Assembly: GCA_025055835.1 (NCBI GenBank)
Contig: JANWWR010000006.1
Span: 59,120 to 123,119 of the forward strand
Source of the DNA: Gemmatales bacterium
Lineage (GTDB): Bacteria > Planctomycetota > Planctomycetia > Gemmatales > HRBIN36
DNA length: 64,000 bases
Direction: 5' to 3'
How positions within the stretch are numbered: position 1 is the stretch's first letter; each line of letters begins with the position of its first letter. The position numbers and the translations under genes were made by a program. The notes below the pieces were generated by a model, which did no database searches, was not told where the DNA came from, and saw only the letters and a program-made list of their open reading frames with translations. Of the stretch, positions 25,551 through 33,697 are shown in pieces.

Positions 25551-27905
25551 TCACGACGGCTTGTTGCGAGAGGCACGCTCAGCCTCGCGGACCAGGGCTT
25601 CGATGCGGGAATCAAGAATGGCGTTATCCGGAGCGCCAACCCACTTTTCGCGGATGATGCCGTTGTGGTCGATGAGGTACAGGGTTGGCCAACCGCGGAC
25701 TCCCCAGATTTTGGAGATGCTCTCGCCGCCGTCGGAACGGGTGTTCTTAAGGGACCGCCAGTTGACCTGATGGACGATCAGATCGGACTGCAATTTCACT
25801 GGGTCGCGGTCACTGTTGACGCCGAGCAGCACGAACGGCCGACCCCGCATCTTCTCCACGAGCTGGCGTTCGTGGGGGATCATATTGCGGCAGTGCGGAC
25901 ACCAGAAACCCCAGAAGTCGAGCAAGACCACCTGTCCGCGGAAGTCCGACAGGCGGAGGCAGGCACCTCCCAGGTCCTCCCCGTCGATTTCCGGCGCGGG
26001 CATGCCGACAAGCGGCTCCTGCCCTGGCACCCAAGAACCTGTCTGGCCCGAAGAAGGCCGACCCGGCTGTTGGAAGCCCGCGCCATTCACCGCACCGCCC
26101 GATCCAATCGTTCCTCCAGGCAGACCGCCGGTCCCGCTGGGCGGCTGAGGAATGCCGGAGGGCGGATTGGAAGGCGGCGGCTGATGCGAGCTGCGCTGCG
26201 TATCCGTGTAGCCGGTGGTGGGTGGCCGCTTCGGCTCCGACGGCTGCTTAGCCTGAGCCGCCAGCGTCGGGTTCGGGCGGGCCATGTCCGAAGCAAAGTC
26301 GAAGACGAACCCAAGTACAACCAACGGGATGACGATGACCGCCGCACCCAGACCGATCACCAGACCGAGCAAGAGATTGAACTTTTGAGCTGCTTTCTTG
26401 CTCTTGAACTTCCTTTTCTTGCCCTTGCCTTTGCGGCGAAAAGAATCCGCGCTGCCATCGTCGTCCTCGGCAGTTTCTTCCTCATCTTCGACGGCTGAGG
26501 AGATCACCATCGCCTTGGCAACCGTTTGAGTCGCGGAAGCCGGTTTGATTTTCGTGGTCGCATGGGTCGAACTCGTCGCACTGGCAGCCGGCACGGTCTT
26601 GGCTGCGCCGTTGCGAGACGGAATCGCCGTCGTGTTCGGTGTCGGGGCTGCGACGCGGATGGGGCCGGTGTTTGCCGCAGGCGTCAACCGGGCCGCTGGC
26701 TTGCCAGGCAACTTCGGAGAAGACCCGGCTGCTTTGCTTGCCATCGGTTGATCATCTTCAATGATCGCCTGGGGCAGCGTCTCCGTCGGGGAGGTAAGCC
26801 GAGGAACTGTGTCGCCATTCCGCGTATCGGCAGAAAACGTCTGAGTCTGGCCCGGCTTGAGGCGAATTGCCGAAAGCGGTGCGGTTGGAGTCCCTTCGAT
26901 CCACGGCTGGAGATCGTTCAGGATGTGGCCGGGCGTCGGATACCGTGCTGCCGGATCCTTGGCAATCATGCGGGCTACCACCGCTGACAGTTCCGGGGGC
27001 ACCTCGGCAATTACCTCATGGAGCAGCGGCAGTTCCTTCATCTGGTGAAAGAGTAGTTTCTGTGCCGGGGTTCCCTCGTACGGCGGCTTGCCGGTGATTA
27101 ATGCGTAGAGCGTCAGACCCAGGCTGTAGATGTCGGAACGGATGTCGATCGCCTGTTCGCCGCGGGCTACTTCCGGAGCCATGTAATCCAGCGAGCCGGT
27201 CAGTTCCTCGTTCTGGGCGAGGCGAGCGGTGATGTTGTCGCGGTCGTTGTGGAAACAGCGAGCCAGACCGAGGTCGAGAATCTTCAGCGTGTTTTGGCGG
27301 TCCACCAGCAAATTACCCGGCTTGATGTCCCGGTGGATCATGCCCCGCTCGAAGGCGTGTTGCAGACCACGGCAGGCCTGGGCGATGAAGCCGACGGCAG
27401 TTCGCCACGGCATCGGTCCCTTTTTGTCGAGATGACTCTGAAGGTTGACGCCAGGCACATATTCCATCGCCAGGTAATGGACACCATCGACTTCTCCGAC
27501 ATCGTAGGCGCGAACGATGTTCGGATGGTCCAAAGCTGCGACGGCCCGAGCCTCCCGGTAGAAGCGTTCCAGAGCAAGTTTGTCCTTGGTGCTTTTCTGC
27601 GGCAGGATCTTCAGAGCGACCTGCCGATGCAGTTTGACATGTTCGGCCAAATAAACGACCCCCATGCCGCCCTGACCGATCTGCTCCAGCAGCTTATAGG
27701 GCCCAAGAACCAGACCGCGATACCGACCCGCCAGGAGCATGGTGGCCTGGAACCGCGTCAGCAGGCCCTTCTCGATGAGGAGCTTGGCCGCTTCGCTGGA
27801 AGAAGTCGGGGAAGTCTCCGCGTAGAACTTGTCCAAAACTTCATCGTTCAGCAGGCTGCTCTTAGCAACCAGCTCACGGAACTCCAGCGCAGACTGTACC
27901 GCCAT
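25551..27905 (-). CDS. membrane Ser/Thr protein kinase with a C-terminal extracytoplasmic thioredoxin-like (TlpA/ResA-type) domain
   Basis: Kinase motifs GQGGMGVVYLAEH, VALKIL, HRDIKPGNLLV, DLGLAR and YMAPE. Single TM helix LLLGLVIGLGAAVIVIPLVVLGFVF. Pro/Gly-rich linker. Thioredoxin segment VVLLDFWGFWCPHCRNM...GWPTLYLID. I chose the ATG at 27905 (MAVQSALEF), preceded by GGGAG; the track start 27959 is a TTG. Confidence 0.9.
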   Translation of the reverse strand: MAVQSALEFRELVAKSSLLNDEVLDKFYAETSPTSSSEAAKLLIEKGLLTRFQATMLLAGRYRGLVLGPYKLLEQIGQGGMGVVYLAEHVKLHRQVALKILPQKSTKDKLALERFYREARAVAALDHPNIVRAYDVGEVDGVHYLAMEYVPGVNLQSHLDKKGPMPWRTAVGFIAQACRGLQHAFERGMIHRDIKPGNLLVDRQNTLKILDLGLARCFHNDRDNITARLAQNEELTGSLDYMAPEVARGEQAIDIRSDIYSLGLTLYALITGKPPYEGTPAQKLLFHQMKELPLLHEVIAEVPPELSAVVARMIAKDPAARYPTPGHILNDLQPWIEGTPTAPLSAIRLKPGQTQTFSADTRNGDTVPRLTSPTETLPQAIIEDDQPMASKAAGSSPKLPGKPAARLTPAANTGPIRVAAPTPNTTAIPSRNGAAKTVPAASATSSTHATTKIKPASATQTVAKAMVISSAVEDEEETAEDDDGSADSFRRKGKGKKRKFKSKKAAQKFNLLLGLVIGLGAAVIVIPLVVLGFVFDFASDMARPNPTLAAQAKQPSEPKRPPTTGYTDTQRSSHQPPPSNPPSGIPQPPSGTGGLPGGTIGSGGAVNGAGFQQPGRPSSGQTGSWVPGQEPLVGMPAPEIDGEDLGGACLRLSDFRGQVVLLDFWGFWCPHCRNMIPHERQLVEKMRGRPFVLLGVNSDRDPVKLQSDLIVHQVNWRSLKNTRSDGGESISKIWGVRGWPTLYLIDHNGIIREKWVGAPDNAILDSRIEALVREAERASRNKPS

Positions 27906-28019
27906 GACGGACTGCTCCCAAGACAGTTTGGGGGGTCGGCTACCGCAAACTTGTGTCAAGAACAGCCGTCAGTCAAATCGGCGGGACAGTTTCTATCTCA
28001 ACATTCCTGTCGGGCCTGA

Positions 28020-30524
28020 TTAATGCCGGAAGAGAAACTCCTTGGAATTGATCAAAGCCCATTGCACGTCTTCCCAGGCTTTTCGCTTGTCCGGCGATTT
28101 CGCCAGGTGTTCCGAGATGGCCTTGACCTCAGGCTCCTGCGGCGGACGGGAGAGCGTGGCGAAATAGAGTTCCTCGATGATCTCCGCGTCCGACTTGTTG
28201 GCTGCCATCAGCTGCCCGATACGGTTGTTAGGGTTGCGGAGCTTCTCGTGGATGGTCGGTCCGTTGATCAGCTGGAGGGCCTGGGCGAGATTGCTATCGC
28301 TCTCCCGCTCGCACTCGCAGGCCAGTTCCCGAGCCGGTTGGCCGAAGGTCTTCAGGAACACGTGATTAATCTCGCCATCCGGCAGCTGGGTAGCCCGCGT
28401 TCCCAGCGGCAGGCCGGGGAACTTCTCCGGTACGGCCGTGGCAGCGCAGATGGCATCCAGCAACTGTTCCGCGGTATGCAATTTCGTCACCGCGTGGGAG
28501 AAGTAACGGTTGTCGTCCTTGTTCGTCTCATTGGTTGCTGCGCTAAGTTGATAGGTGCGCGAGTTCATGATCGTGCGAATGATGTGCTTGACGTCGAAGC
28601 CATGAGCCACGAAATCCTTGGCCAGGGCGTCAAGCAATTCTTCATTGCTGGCCGGGTTGGAATCGCGGAAGTCGTCCACGGGATCAACAATGCCGCGTCC
28701 CATGAGGTGGTACCAGATGCGGTTGACGGTAGCCCGAGCAAAGTACGGGTTTTCCGGGCTGGTCAGCCAGGCGGCCAGCACTTCGCGGCGGTCTTGCTTA
28801 GATTCCATCGGGGCCGCGTCACCGCCAGGAAAGCGCGGCGGCATGGGCTTGTTGGTCCGCGGCTGAACCACTTCGCCGCTGCGGTCGACGAAAATCAACT
28901 CCGAACCCGGCGGCGGATTGCCCTCCCGAGGCCGATCCTCGCTCGGATCACGCATCTGCTTCACCCGTGCGAAGAATGCTGCCAAGCTGTAATAATCGTC
29001 CTGCGTCCACCGCTCGAACGGGTGATTGTGGCACTTGGCGCATTGCATCCGGATGCCGAGGAACAACTGGGCCGTGGTCTCGGCCAAGCTCGTCGGATCC
29101 CGAGCGATGCGATAGTAGTTCGCTGGCGGATTGGCGTAGGTGCTGCCCCCGGCGGTGATAATCTCCCGCACGACTTGATCGAAGGGCCGGTTTTCCTCGA
29201 TGCAGTGACGTAGCCATTCCTGGAATTTGTGGACTCCCGCCAGTTGGATGGTCTTGCGATTGGAACGCAGCACGTCGGACCATTTGAGCGTCCAGAAGTC
29301 CGCATACTCTGGTCGCTCCAGGAGCTTCTCGATCAATTTCGCTCGCTTTTCCGCTTCCTGATTCGCCAGAAACTCACGGGCTTCCTGGGCCGTCGGAATG
29401 ATGCCGCACAAATCCAGATAGGCACGGCGGAGGAACTCTTCATCGGAGCAAAGCGGCGACGGCAAGATGTTGAGCATCTTCAACTTCTTGTCCACCAGCT
29501 GGTCGACGTAGTTGTGCTCTGGCGGATTGGACCAAACGAACTCGGCCTTGGGTTTGAGGTAGGTCAGCCGGATCGTGACCATTGTTTCGAGATAGCGCAC
29601 CAGCACGGCCACCTCGCCGGGCACCTTGAACTCGGCAAGGCCGGTGCGGCTCACGTCGGCAACGCCAGGATCGCTGCTGCTGAAATTGGAAAGCCAAGTC
29701 ACGTCACGGACCGACCCGTCAGCGAAATAAGCCAACACGGCCAATTGCTGAGAGCGAGCGGGATGCAACTGCACGCGGTCGCCGGGAAGCACTTCAAGCT
29801 TCTGCAAGGCCGGCAAATCTTTGGGGTCGTCCTTCAGCCCTTGGCCGATCCACGCGGCCAGCACTTCGTGAGGCAGCGAACCGGCGGCGAAGCGTGGCCC
29901 GCCCTCGTGCGGAACCCGACCCAGGGCCTTTTGAATCACGAGGCTGGAATCAGGATGGAGGCTGGCGGTGCGTCGGCCCAAGGCGTCCCGGCTGAGTTGG
30001 ATGAAGTCGGCGTCGGGATCGTAGCCGCGAAGGCTCAAGCGAAAACCGCCCTTGCCGCTGGGTGTGCCATGGCACGCACCGGCGTTGCAGCCACCGACAT
30101 TGAGTGCCGCGATGACATCCTGGCGGAAACTCACTGGCCGAGGTTTCTCCATGTTCGCAACCGCCACGGGCACCATGATCGTGTGCGATCCCACCTGGAT
30201 TTGCACGGTCGTGGAGCCGTTGCCCCTAGGCCGCACCATGCCGCTTTCGTCCACCGAGGCGATTTGGTCAGACTCCACGCGGTAGGACGCAATCGAGGTC
30301 AAATCCCGCACCTGTCCGTCGGCGTATCGGCCCGTCACGAGAATCTGACGCATGGCCCGCGCGTCGGGCAAGGTGATTTCCTTCGGGACCACTTCGACGG
30401 CGGTGGGCTGGCCGATGAGTTCCGCCTTAGCCTCGTCGGCACGGATTTCACGGACGGTTTTGAGGCAGATAGAAACCATGACAAGGCCAAGGAAGCTAAA
30501 TCGTAGGCAGGTTGGGTAGTGCAT
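28020..30524 (-). CDS. DUF1549/DUF1553 (PSCyt/PSD1-type) domain protein with Big_2-like Ig domains
   Basis: Signal/anchor MHYPTCLRFSFLGLVMVSICL. Big_2-like segment VTGRYADGQVRDLTSIASYRVESDQIASVDESGMVRP. GGCNAGACHG. DUF1549-like YLDLCGIIPTAQEAREF. DUF1553-like CAKCHNHPFERWTQDDYY. I set the start at the ATG at 30524 because the longer track ORF (to 30773) reads through non-coding tandem repeats. Confidence 0.85.
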   Translation of the reverse strand: MHYPTCLRFSFLGLVMVSICLKTVREIRADEAKAELIGQPTAVEVVPKEITLPDARAMRQILVTGRYADGQVRDLTSIASYRVESDQIASVDESGMVRPRGNGSTTVQIQVGSHTIMVPVAVANMEKPRPVSFRQDVIAALNVGGCNAGACHGTPSGKGGFRLSLRGYDPDADFIQLSRDALGRRTASLHPDSSLVIQKALGRVPHEGGPRFAAGSLPHEVLAAWIGQGLKDDPKDLPALQKLEVLPGDRVQLHPARSQQLAVLAYFADGSVRDVTWLSNFSSSDPGVADVSRTGLAEFKVPGEVAVLVRYLETMVTIRLTYLKPKAEFVWSNPPEHNYVDQLVDKKLKMLNILPSPLCSDEEFLRRAYLDLCGIIPTAQEAREFLANQEAEKRAKLIEKLLERPEYADFWTLKWSDVLRSNRKTIQLAGVHKFQEWLRHCIEENRPFDQVVREIITAGGSTYANPPANYYRIARDPTSLAETTAQLFLGIRMQCAKCHNHPFERWTQDDYYSLAAFFARVKQMRDPSEDRPREGNPPPGSELIFVDRSGEVVQPRTNKPMPPRFPGGDAAPMESKQDRREVLAAWLTSPENPYFARATVNRIWYHLMGRGIVDPVDDFRDSNPASNEELLDALAKDFVAHGFDVKHIIRTIMNSRTYQLSAATNETNKDDNRYFSHAVTKLHTAEQLLDAICAATAVPEKFPGLPLGTRATQLPDGEINHVFLKTFGQPARELACECERESDSNLAQALQLINGPTIHEKLRNPNNRIGQLMAANKSDAEIIEELYFATLSRPPQEPEVKAISEHLAKSPDKRKAWEDVQWALINSKEFLFRH

Positions 30525-30668
30525 GGCGTACCCCCGTGAAGGACTCCATCGGTAGGCCGTGCGGCGGGCCGTTACTTCGGGCAGGGTTGGGCGAGCTTCG
30601 TTCTCAGGCTGATTATAACTGCTCGCGTTCTCTGATGCGAGACACTTTCTGCGAGTATCTGCTTTCAG

Positions 30669-30854
30669 CCTCGCTGACGCTTCGGGTTTCTGTGTCAGGC
30701 GAGCGGGGCACGCCAGTGCCCCGGTTACTCCCTCGCTGACGCATCGGGTTTCTGTGTCAGGCGAGCGGGGCACGTTAGTGCCCCGGTTACCCCCTCGCTG
30801 ACGCTTCGGGTTTCTGTGTCAGGCGAGCGGAGGGCGTAAGCCCTGCGGTCGCGG
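30669..30854. repeat. three tandem copies of a 62-bp unit, each able to form two hairpins
   Basis: The units span 30669-30730, 30731-30792 and 30793-30854. The consensus is CCTCGCTGACGCWTCGGGTTTCTGTGTCAGGCGAGCGG + variable hairpin + CGGT. Hairpin A pairs CTCGCTGAC with GTCAGGCGAG. Hairpin B is GGGGCAC-GCCA-GTGCCCC in unit 1, GGGGCAC-GTTA-GTGCCCC in unit 2 and AGGGC-GTAA-GCCCT in unit 3. Confidence 0.9.
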
Positions 30855-30876
30855 TCGCTAATTCGCTTCAGGCACC

Positions 30877-31000
30877 GGCAAGCTTACACTTGCCGCTCGC
30901 CATAGTGTATGTGCTTTCGCTTGCCGCTCGCTGTAGCGTGTGTTCACGCTTGCCGCCCGCGATAGTGTGTGTTTTCGCCTGTTTCTCAGCGTGTTATTCG
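30877..31000. repeat. second tandem-repeat family (about 30-bp unit, 3 good copies plus a degenerate fourth), preceded by a hairpin
   Basis: Hairpin GGCAAG-CTTACA-CTTGCC at 30877-30894. Units are CTTGCCGCTCGCCATAGTGTATGTGCTTTCG (30889), CTTGCCGCTCGCTGTAGCGTGTGTTCACG (30920), CTTGCCGCCCGCGATAGTGTGTGTTTTCG (30949) and a degenerate CCTGTTTCTCAGCGTGTTATTCG. The CCGCTCGC core is the reverse complement of the GCGAGCGG core in the 62-bp units. Confidence 0.75.
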
Positions 31001-31034
31001 CACTTAAGGGGCAAGCGGGCAGTTCCCCCAATCA

Positions 31035-31060
31035 GCGAGCGGGCAGCGTTAGCTGCCCGG
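31035..31060. repeat. isolated fourth copy of the GCGAGCGG-flanked hairpin
   Basis: GCGAGCG-GGGCAGC-GTTA-GCTGCCC-GG. It has the same flanks and a GNNA loop like the hairpins in the 62-bp units, but a different stem sequence. Confidence 0.7.
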
Positions 31061-31117
31061 TAGCCGACCCATAGCTATCCAGTAACCCAACCAAGAGCTG
31101 CCCAGCACCGCAAGAGT

Positions 31118-32059
31118 TTACCCCCGAAACTGCATCGGGTCCAAAACCACATGCTTGATTCGCCGTCGCTTCCAAGTGTAGGTCACATGCAATCGGCCGT
31201 CCGAGGTCTGGATGATGGCGGGATACGAAAACTCGCCCGGTTCCGTCTCGAATTCGTGGACCATTTTCCACGTCTGGCCTTCGTCCCCGGAGACAGCCAG
31301 ATTGAGCGGATAGCGATTGCGGTTGGAGTGGTTGTACACGAGAAAGAGGCGGCCTTCGCGGGTCTGCGCCAGGTCGATGCCGCTGCCGGGATTGGGCAAC
31401 ATTGTCCGCTCCGCCGGCGTCCACGTTTCCCCGTTGTCCCGCGACTCCGAACGACAGATGAAGCCGATGTTCCGCGATCGGCAGTACATGACGACCCGAC
31501 CGTCACGGGTTTCGAAAAGCGTCGGCTGAATGATGCCGTACAACTGATCTGGGACATAGATCGGTCCAAAGCGTCGCCACGTCTTGCCATCATCGTTGGA
31601 CCGTTCAACCCAGCACGCCCAGGTCTTGTAACTTTCGACGGAGGTTCCCGACAGGATGGTGCCGTCGGCCCTTTGGATCGGCTTGTTTTTGATCGGGCCG
31701 AGCAGGCCGGCGGGAAGCAGTTCCGAATCACTCCAGGTCTTGCCGCCGTCCGTCGAACGCCGAACCAGTCCCGACCAACCCCGGGGATTCTCCCCGGCCT
31801 TGTAGAAGAGAAAGAGGGTCCCCGACTTGCTGCGGAAAAGTACCGGGTTCCAGCACGGAGCACCGGGTTCCTGCGAGGCAATCTCGGGAGCCGACCACCC
31901 GCTGCCGTCGTGCCGGGACCAGTAGATCTGCACGTCCCGATTGCCCTCGTCCGACCCGCCGAACCACGCTGCCAGCAACTTTCCCGGTTCCGTCTCGACG
32001 ATGGTGGAGGCGTGACAGGAGCGAAACGGAGCATTCTCGAAGATGAATTCGCTGTGCAT
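31118..32059 (-). CDS. BNR/Asp-box sialidase-like (exo-alpha-sialidase family) protein without a signal peptide
   Basis: Four Asp-boxes: STDGGKTW, SNDDGKTW, SRDNGETW and SGDEGQTW. The N-terminus MHSEFIFENAPFRSCHASTIVE is typical of the bacterial BNR_2 sialidase-like family. I chose the ATG at 32059, preceded by GAGGAA; it lies 16 nt after the pyrK stop. Confidence 0.8.
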   Translation of the reverse strand: MHSEFIFENAPFRSCHASTIVETEPGKLLAAWFGGSDEGNRDVQIYWSRHDGSGWSAPEIASQEPGAPCWNPVLFRSKSGTLFLFYKAGENPRGWSGLVRRSTDGGKTWSDSELLPAGLLGPIKNKPIQRADGTILSGTSVESYKTWACWVERSNDDGKTWRRFGPIYVPDQLYGIIQPTLFETRDGRVVMYCRSRNIGFICRSESRDNGETWTPAERTMLPNPGSGIDLAQTREGRLFLVYNHSNRNRYPLNLAVSGDEGQTWKMVHEFETEPGEFSYPAIIQTSDGRLHVTYTWKRRRIKHVVLDPMQFRG

Positions 32060-32075
32060 GGATTGTTTCCTCGGG

Positions 32076-32912
32076 TCAGACCCACAGCAGTTCGGAGGCC
32101 GGGAACACAGGCCCATCCAGGCAGGCCCGTCGATAGTCCCAGCCTTCTTGCGTGGCTACCTTCACCGCGCAACCAAAACAGATGCCGATGCCGCAGGCCA
32201 TCGGCGTTTCCAGCGACAGATCGCAAGGCAAGCCGTGACGAGCTGTCAAGTCCGACAAGGCGTGCAGCATTGGCTCGGGACCGCAACCGACGACGCGCAT
32301 CCGGCCAGTCAGCCGCCCGGCAGCCAAATCGTGTTCGAGCAATTGCGTCACTCGCCCAGCAAATCCGACTGAGCCATCGTCGCTGGACAGGCGAACCTCG
32401 GCCCCCCGTTCCAGGAAGTCGGATAGCCCAGCGAGCAGATCAGCGGTACGTACACCGTAGTACAGCGTGACTTGTTTAACCTCCCGGTTTGGCTGATCGC
32501 TCCCGTATCCGTGGCGACCCAGGACCCGCCGGATCAGCGCAGGAAACGGCGTCTGGCCGATGCCTCCGGCAACGAGAATCAAATGCTCGACCCCCTCGTA
32601 TCCAGGAAAGCCGTTGCCAAGCGGGCCCCACAACTCCACCTCATCCCCACGATTCAGCCGGGACATCAGGCTGGTCATCTTGCCGACAACCAGGAAGACG
32701 ATGTCGAGATCGTGTCCATCCGTGTCGTACAAAGCGAAGGCACGACCAAGGAGCGGATCGGTTCGCCGTGGCAGGCGCAGCATGACGAACTGACCGGGGC
32801 GGATGCGGGAGGCAATCGGCGGACAGGCAATCCTCAAGCGATAGGTGTCCCGGGCCATCGGCCCCCGCTCGACGACCTCAGCCGTACTTGCCTGGACCGG
32901 GACCATGCTCAC
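32076..32912 (-). CDS. pyrK: dihydroorotate dehydrogenase electron-transfer subunit (PyrK-type FAD/2Fe-2S protein)
   Basis: FNR-like RPGQFVMLRL and LILVAGGIGQTPF. C-terminal 2Fe-2S cluster cysteines MACGIGICFGCAV. The GTG start overlaps the rluB stop (GTGA); an alternative ATG is at 32906. Confidence 0.85.
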   Translation of the reverse strand: MSMVPVQASTAEVVERGPMARDTYRLRIACPPIASRIRPGQFVMLRLPRRTDPLLGRAFALYDTDGHDLDIVFLVVGKMTSLMSRLNRGDEVELWGPLGNGFPGYEGVEHLILVAGGIGQTPFPALIRRVLGRHGYGSDQPNREVKQVTLYYGVRTADLLAGLSDFLERGAEVRLSSDDGSVGFAGRVTQLLEHDLAAGRLTGRMRVVGCGPEPMLHALSDLTARHGLPCDLSLETPMACGIGICFGCAVKVATQEGWDYRRACLDGPVFPASELLWV

Positions 32913-33697
32913 GATTGCTCCTTCCCCGCCTTCTTGGATCGAGACTTGTCCTTGTCCCTGGGGCGGAAGGCGATTTCTTTCAATTGCCGCAGTTCCGGCA
33001 AGGTCAGACGCCGCGATTTGCCGGGCCTCAAACGGCCCAGACGGATCGGCCCGATGGCGATACGTTTAAGCCGCATGACCTTGTGCCCCTGCTTAGCCAG
33101 CATCCGGCGAATCTCACGGTTCTTTCCCTCAGCCAGAACGATCTCCAGGAACGTGCTCTTGCCGCGAGTACCAAGCCGCTTGACCCGCTTGGCCCGCACC
33201 TTGCCATCGCTGATCCAGATGCCTTCGGTAAGTTGCTTGAGTTCTTCCTTGCTCGGGAAGCCAGCGACCTGAACATGGTAGGTCTTTTCAATTCCGTAAC
33301 GCGGGTGCATGAGCCGCTGGGCGAGTTCCCCGTCGTTGGTCATGAGCATCAGTCCCTCGCTCTCCTCGTCGAGTCGGCCGACCATGTAAACCCGCTCGGG
33401 GACATGAAGGAGCAGATCAATCACCCGCGGCCTTCCGGCAGGGTCGTAGTGCGTCGAAAGGTAGCCACGTGGCTTGTTGACCAGCCAGTAGACGAGGCGT
33501 TCCCGCTGAATCTGTTTGCCATCCACGGCCACCTGCTGGCCTGGACTGACTTTGTAGCCGAGTTCGCGGATCACTTGGCCGTCCACGGTGACACGGCCGG
33601 ACGTGATCAGCTCCTCGCAGTGCCTTCGTGATCCCAATCCCGCGGCCGCCAGGACTTTGTTCAATCGCTCCGTTGTTTCCTCTGCCATGCCTTGCAT
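32909..33697 (-). CDS. rluB: rRNA pseudouridine synthase, RsuA/RluB family
   Basis: S4 domain RLNKVLAAAGLGSRRHCEELITSGRVTVDG. Catalytic VGRLDEESEGLMLMTNDG. Lys/Arg-rich tail. I chose the start at Met39 of the track ORF (33697; Met42 at 33688 is also possible) because the homology begins there. Confidence 0.85.
   Translation of the reverse strand: MQGMAEETTERLNKVLAAAGLGSRRHCEELITSGRVTVDGQVIRELGYKVSPGQQVAVDGKQIQRERLVYWLVNKPRGYLSTHYDPAGRPRVIDLLLHVPERVYMVGRLDEESEGLMLMTNDGELAQRLMHPRYGIEKTYHVQVAGFPSKEELKQLTEGIWISDGKVRAKRVKRLGTRGKSTFLEIVLAEGKNREIRRMLAKQGHKVMRLKRIAIGPIRLGRLRPGKSRRLTLPELRQLKEIAFRPRDKDKSRSKKAGKEQS

Noticed and set aside
25461-26498. 345-aa + strand ORF antisense to the kinase/thioredoxin gene
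   Set aside because: It is Arg-rich and low-complexity, and it runs opposite the thioredoxin domain and linker. The - strand WCPHC and kinase motifs are decisive.
28023-30506. 396-aa and 425-aa + strand ORFs antisense to the DUF1549/DUF1553 gene
   Set aside because: These are shadow ORFs of a GC-rich gene. No motifs are present, and the opposite strand is strongly supported.
30525-30773. N-terminal 83 codons of the track ORF 28020..30773 (MPRSPDTETRCVSEGVTGALACPARLTQKPEASARLK...)
   Set aside because: This part is simply a translation of the 62-bp tandem repeats and hairpins. A good internal ATG at 30524 is followed at once by a signal/anchor sequence. I treated the extension as non-coding.
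30669-30854. The 62-bp periodic repeats considered as a CRISPR array
   Set aside because: The whole 62-bp unit repeats head-to-tail with no unique spacers. There are only three copies, and no cas genes occur anywhere in the window.
31151-32470. 439-aa + strand ORF (and the 367-aa - strand ORF 31183..32286) overlapping the sialidase-like and pyrK genes
   Set aside because: The translations are Arg/Pro/Ser-rich and low-complexity, with no domain signatures. The alternative frames carry clear Asp-box and PyrK motifs.
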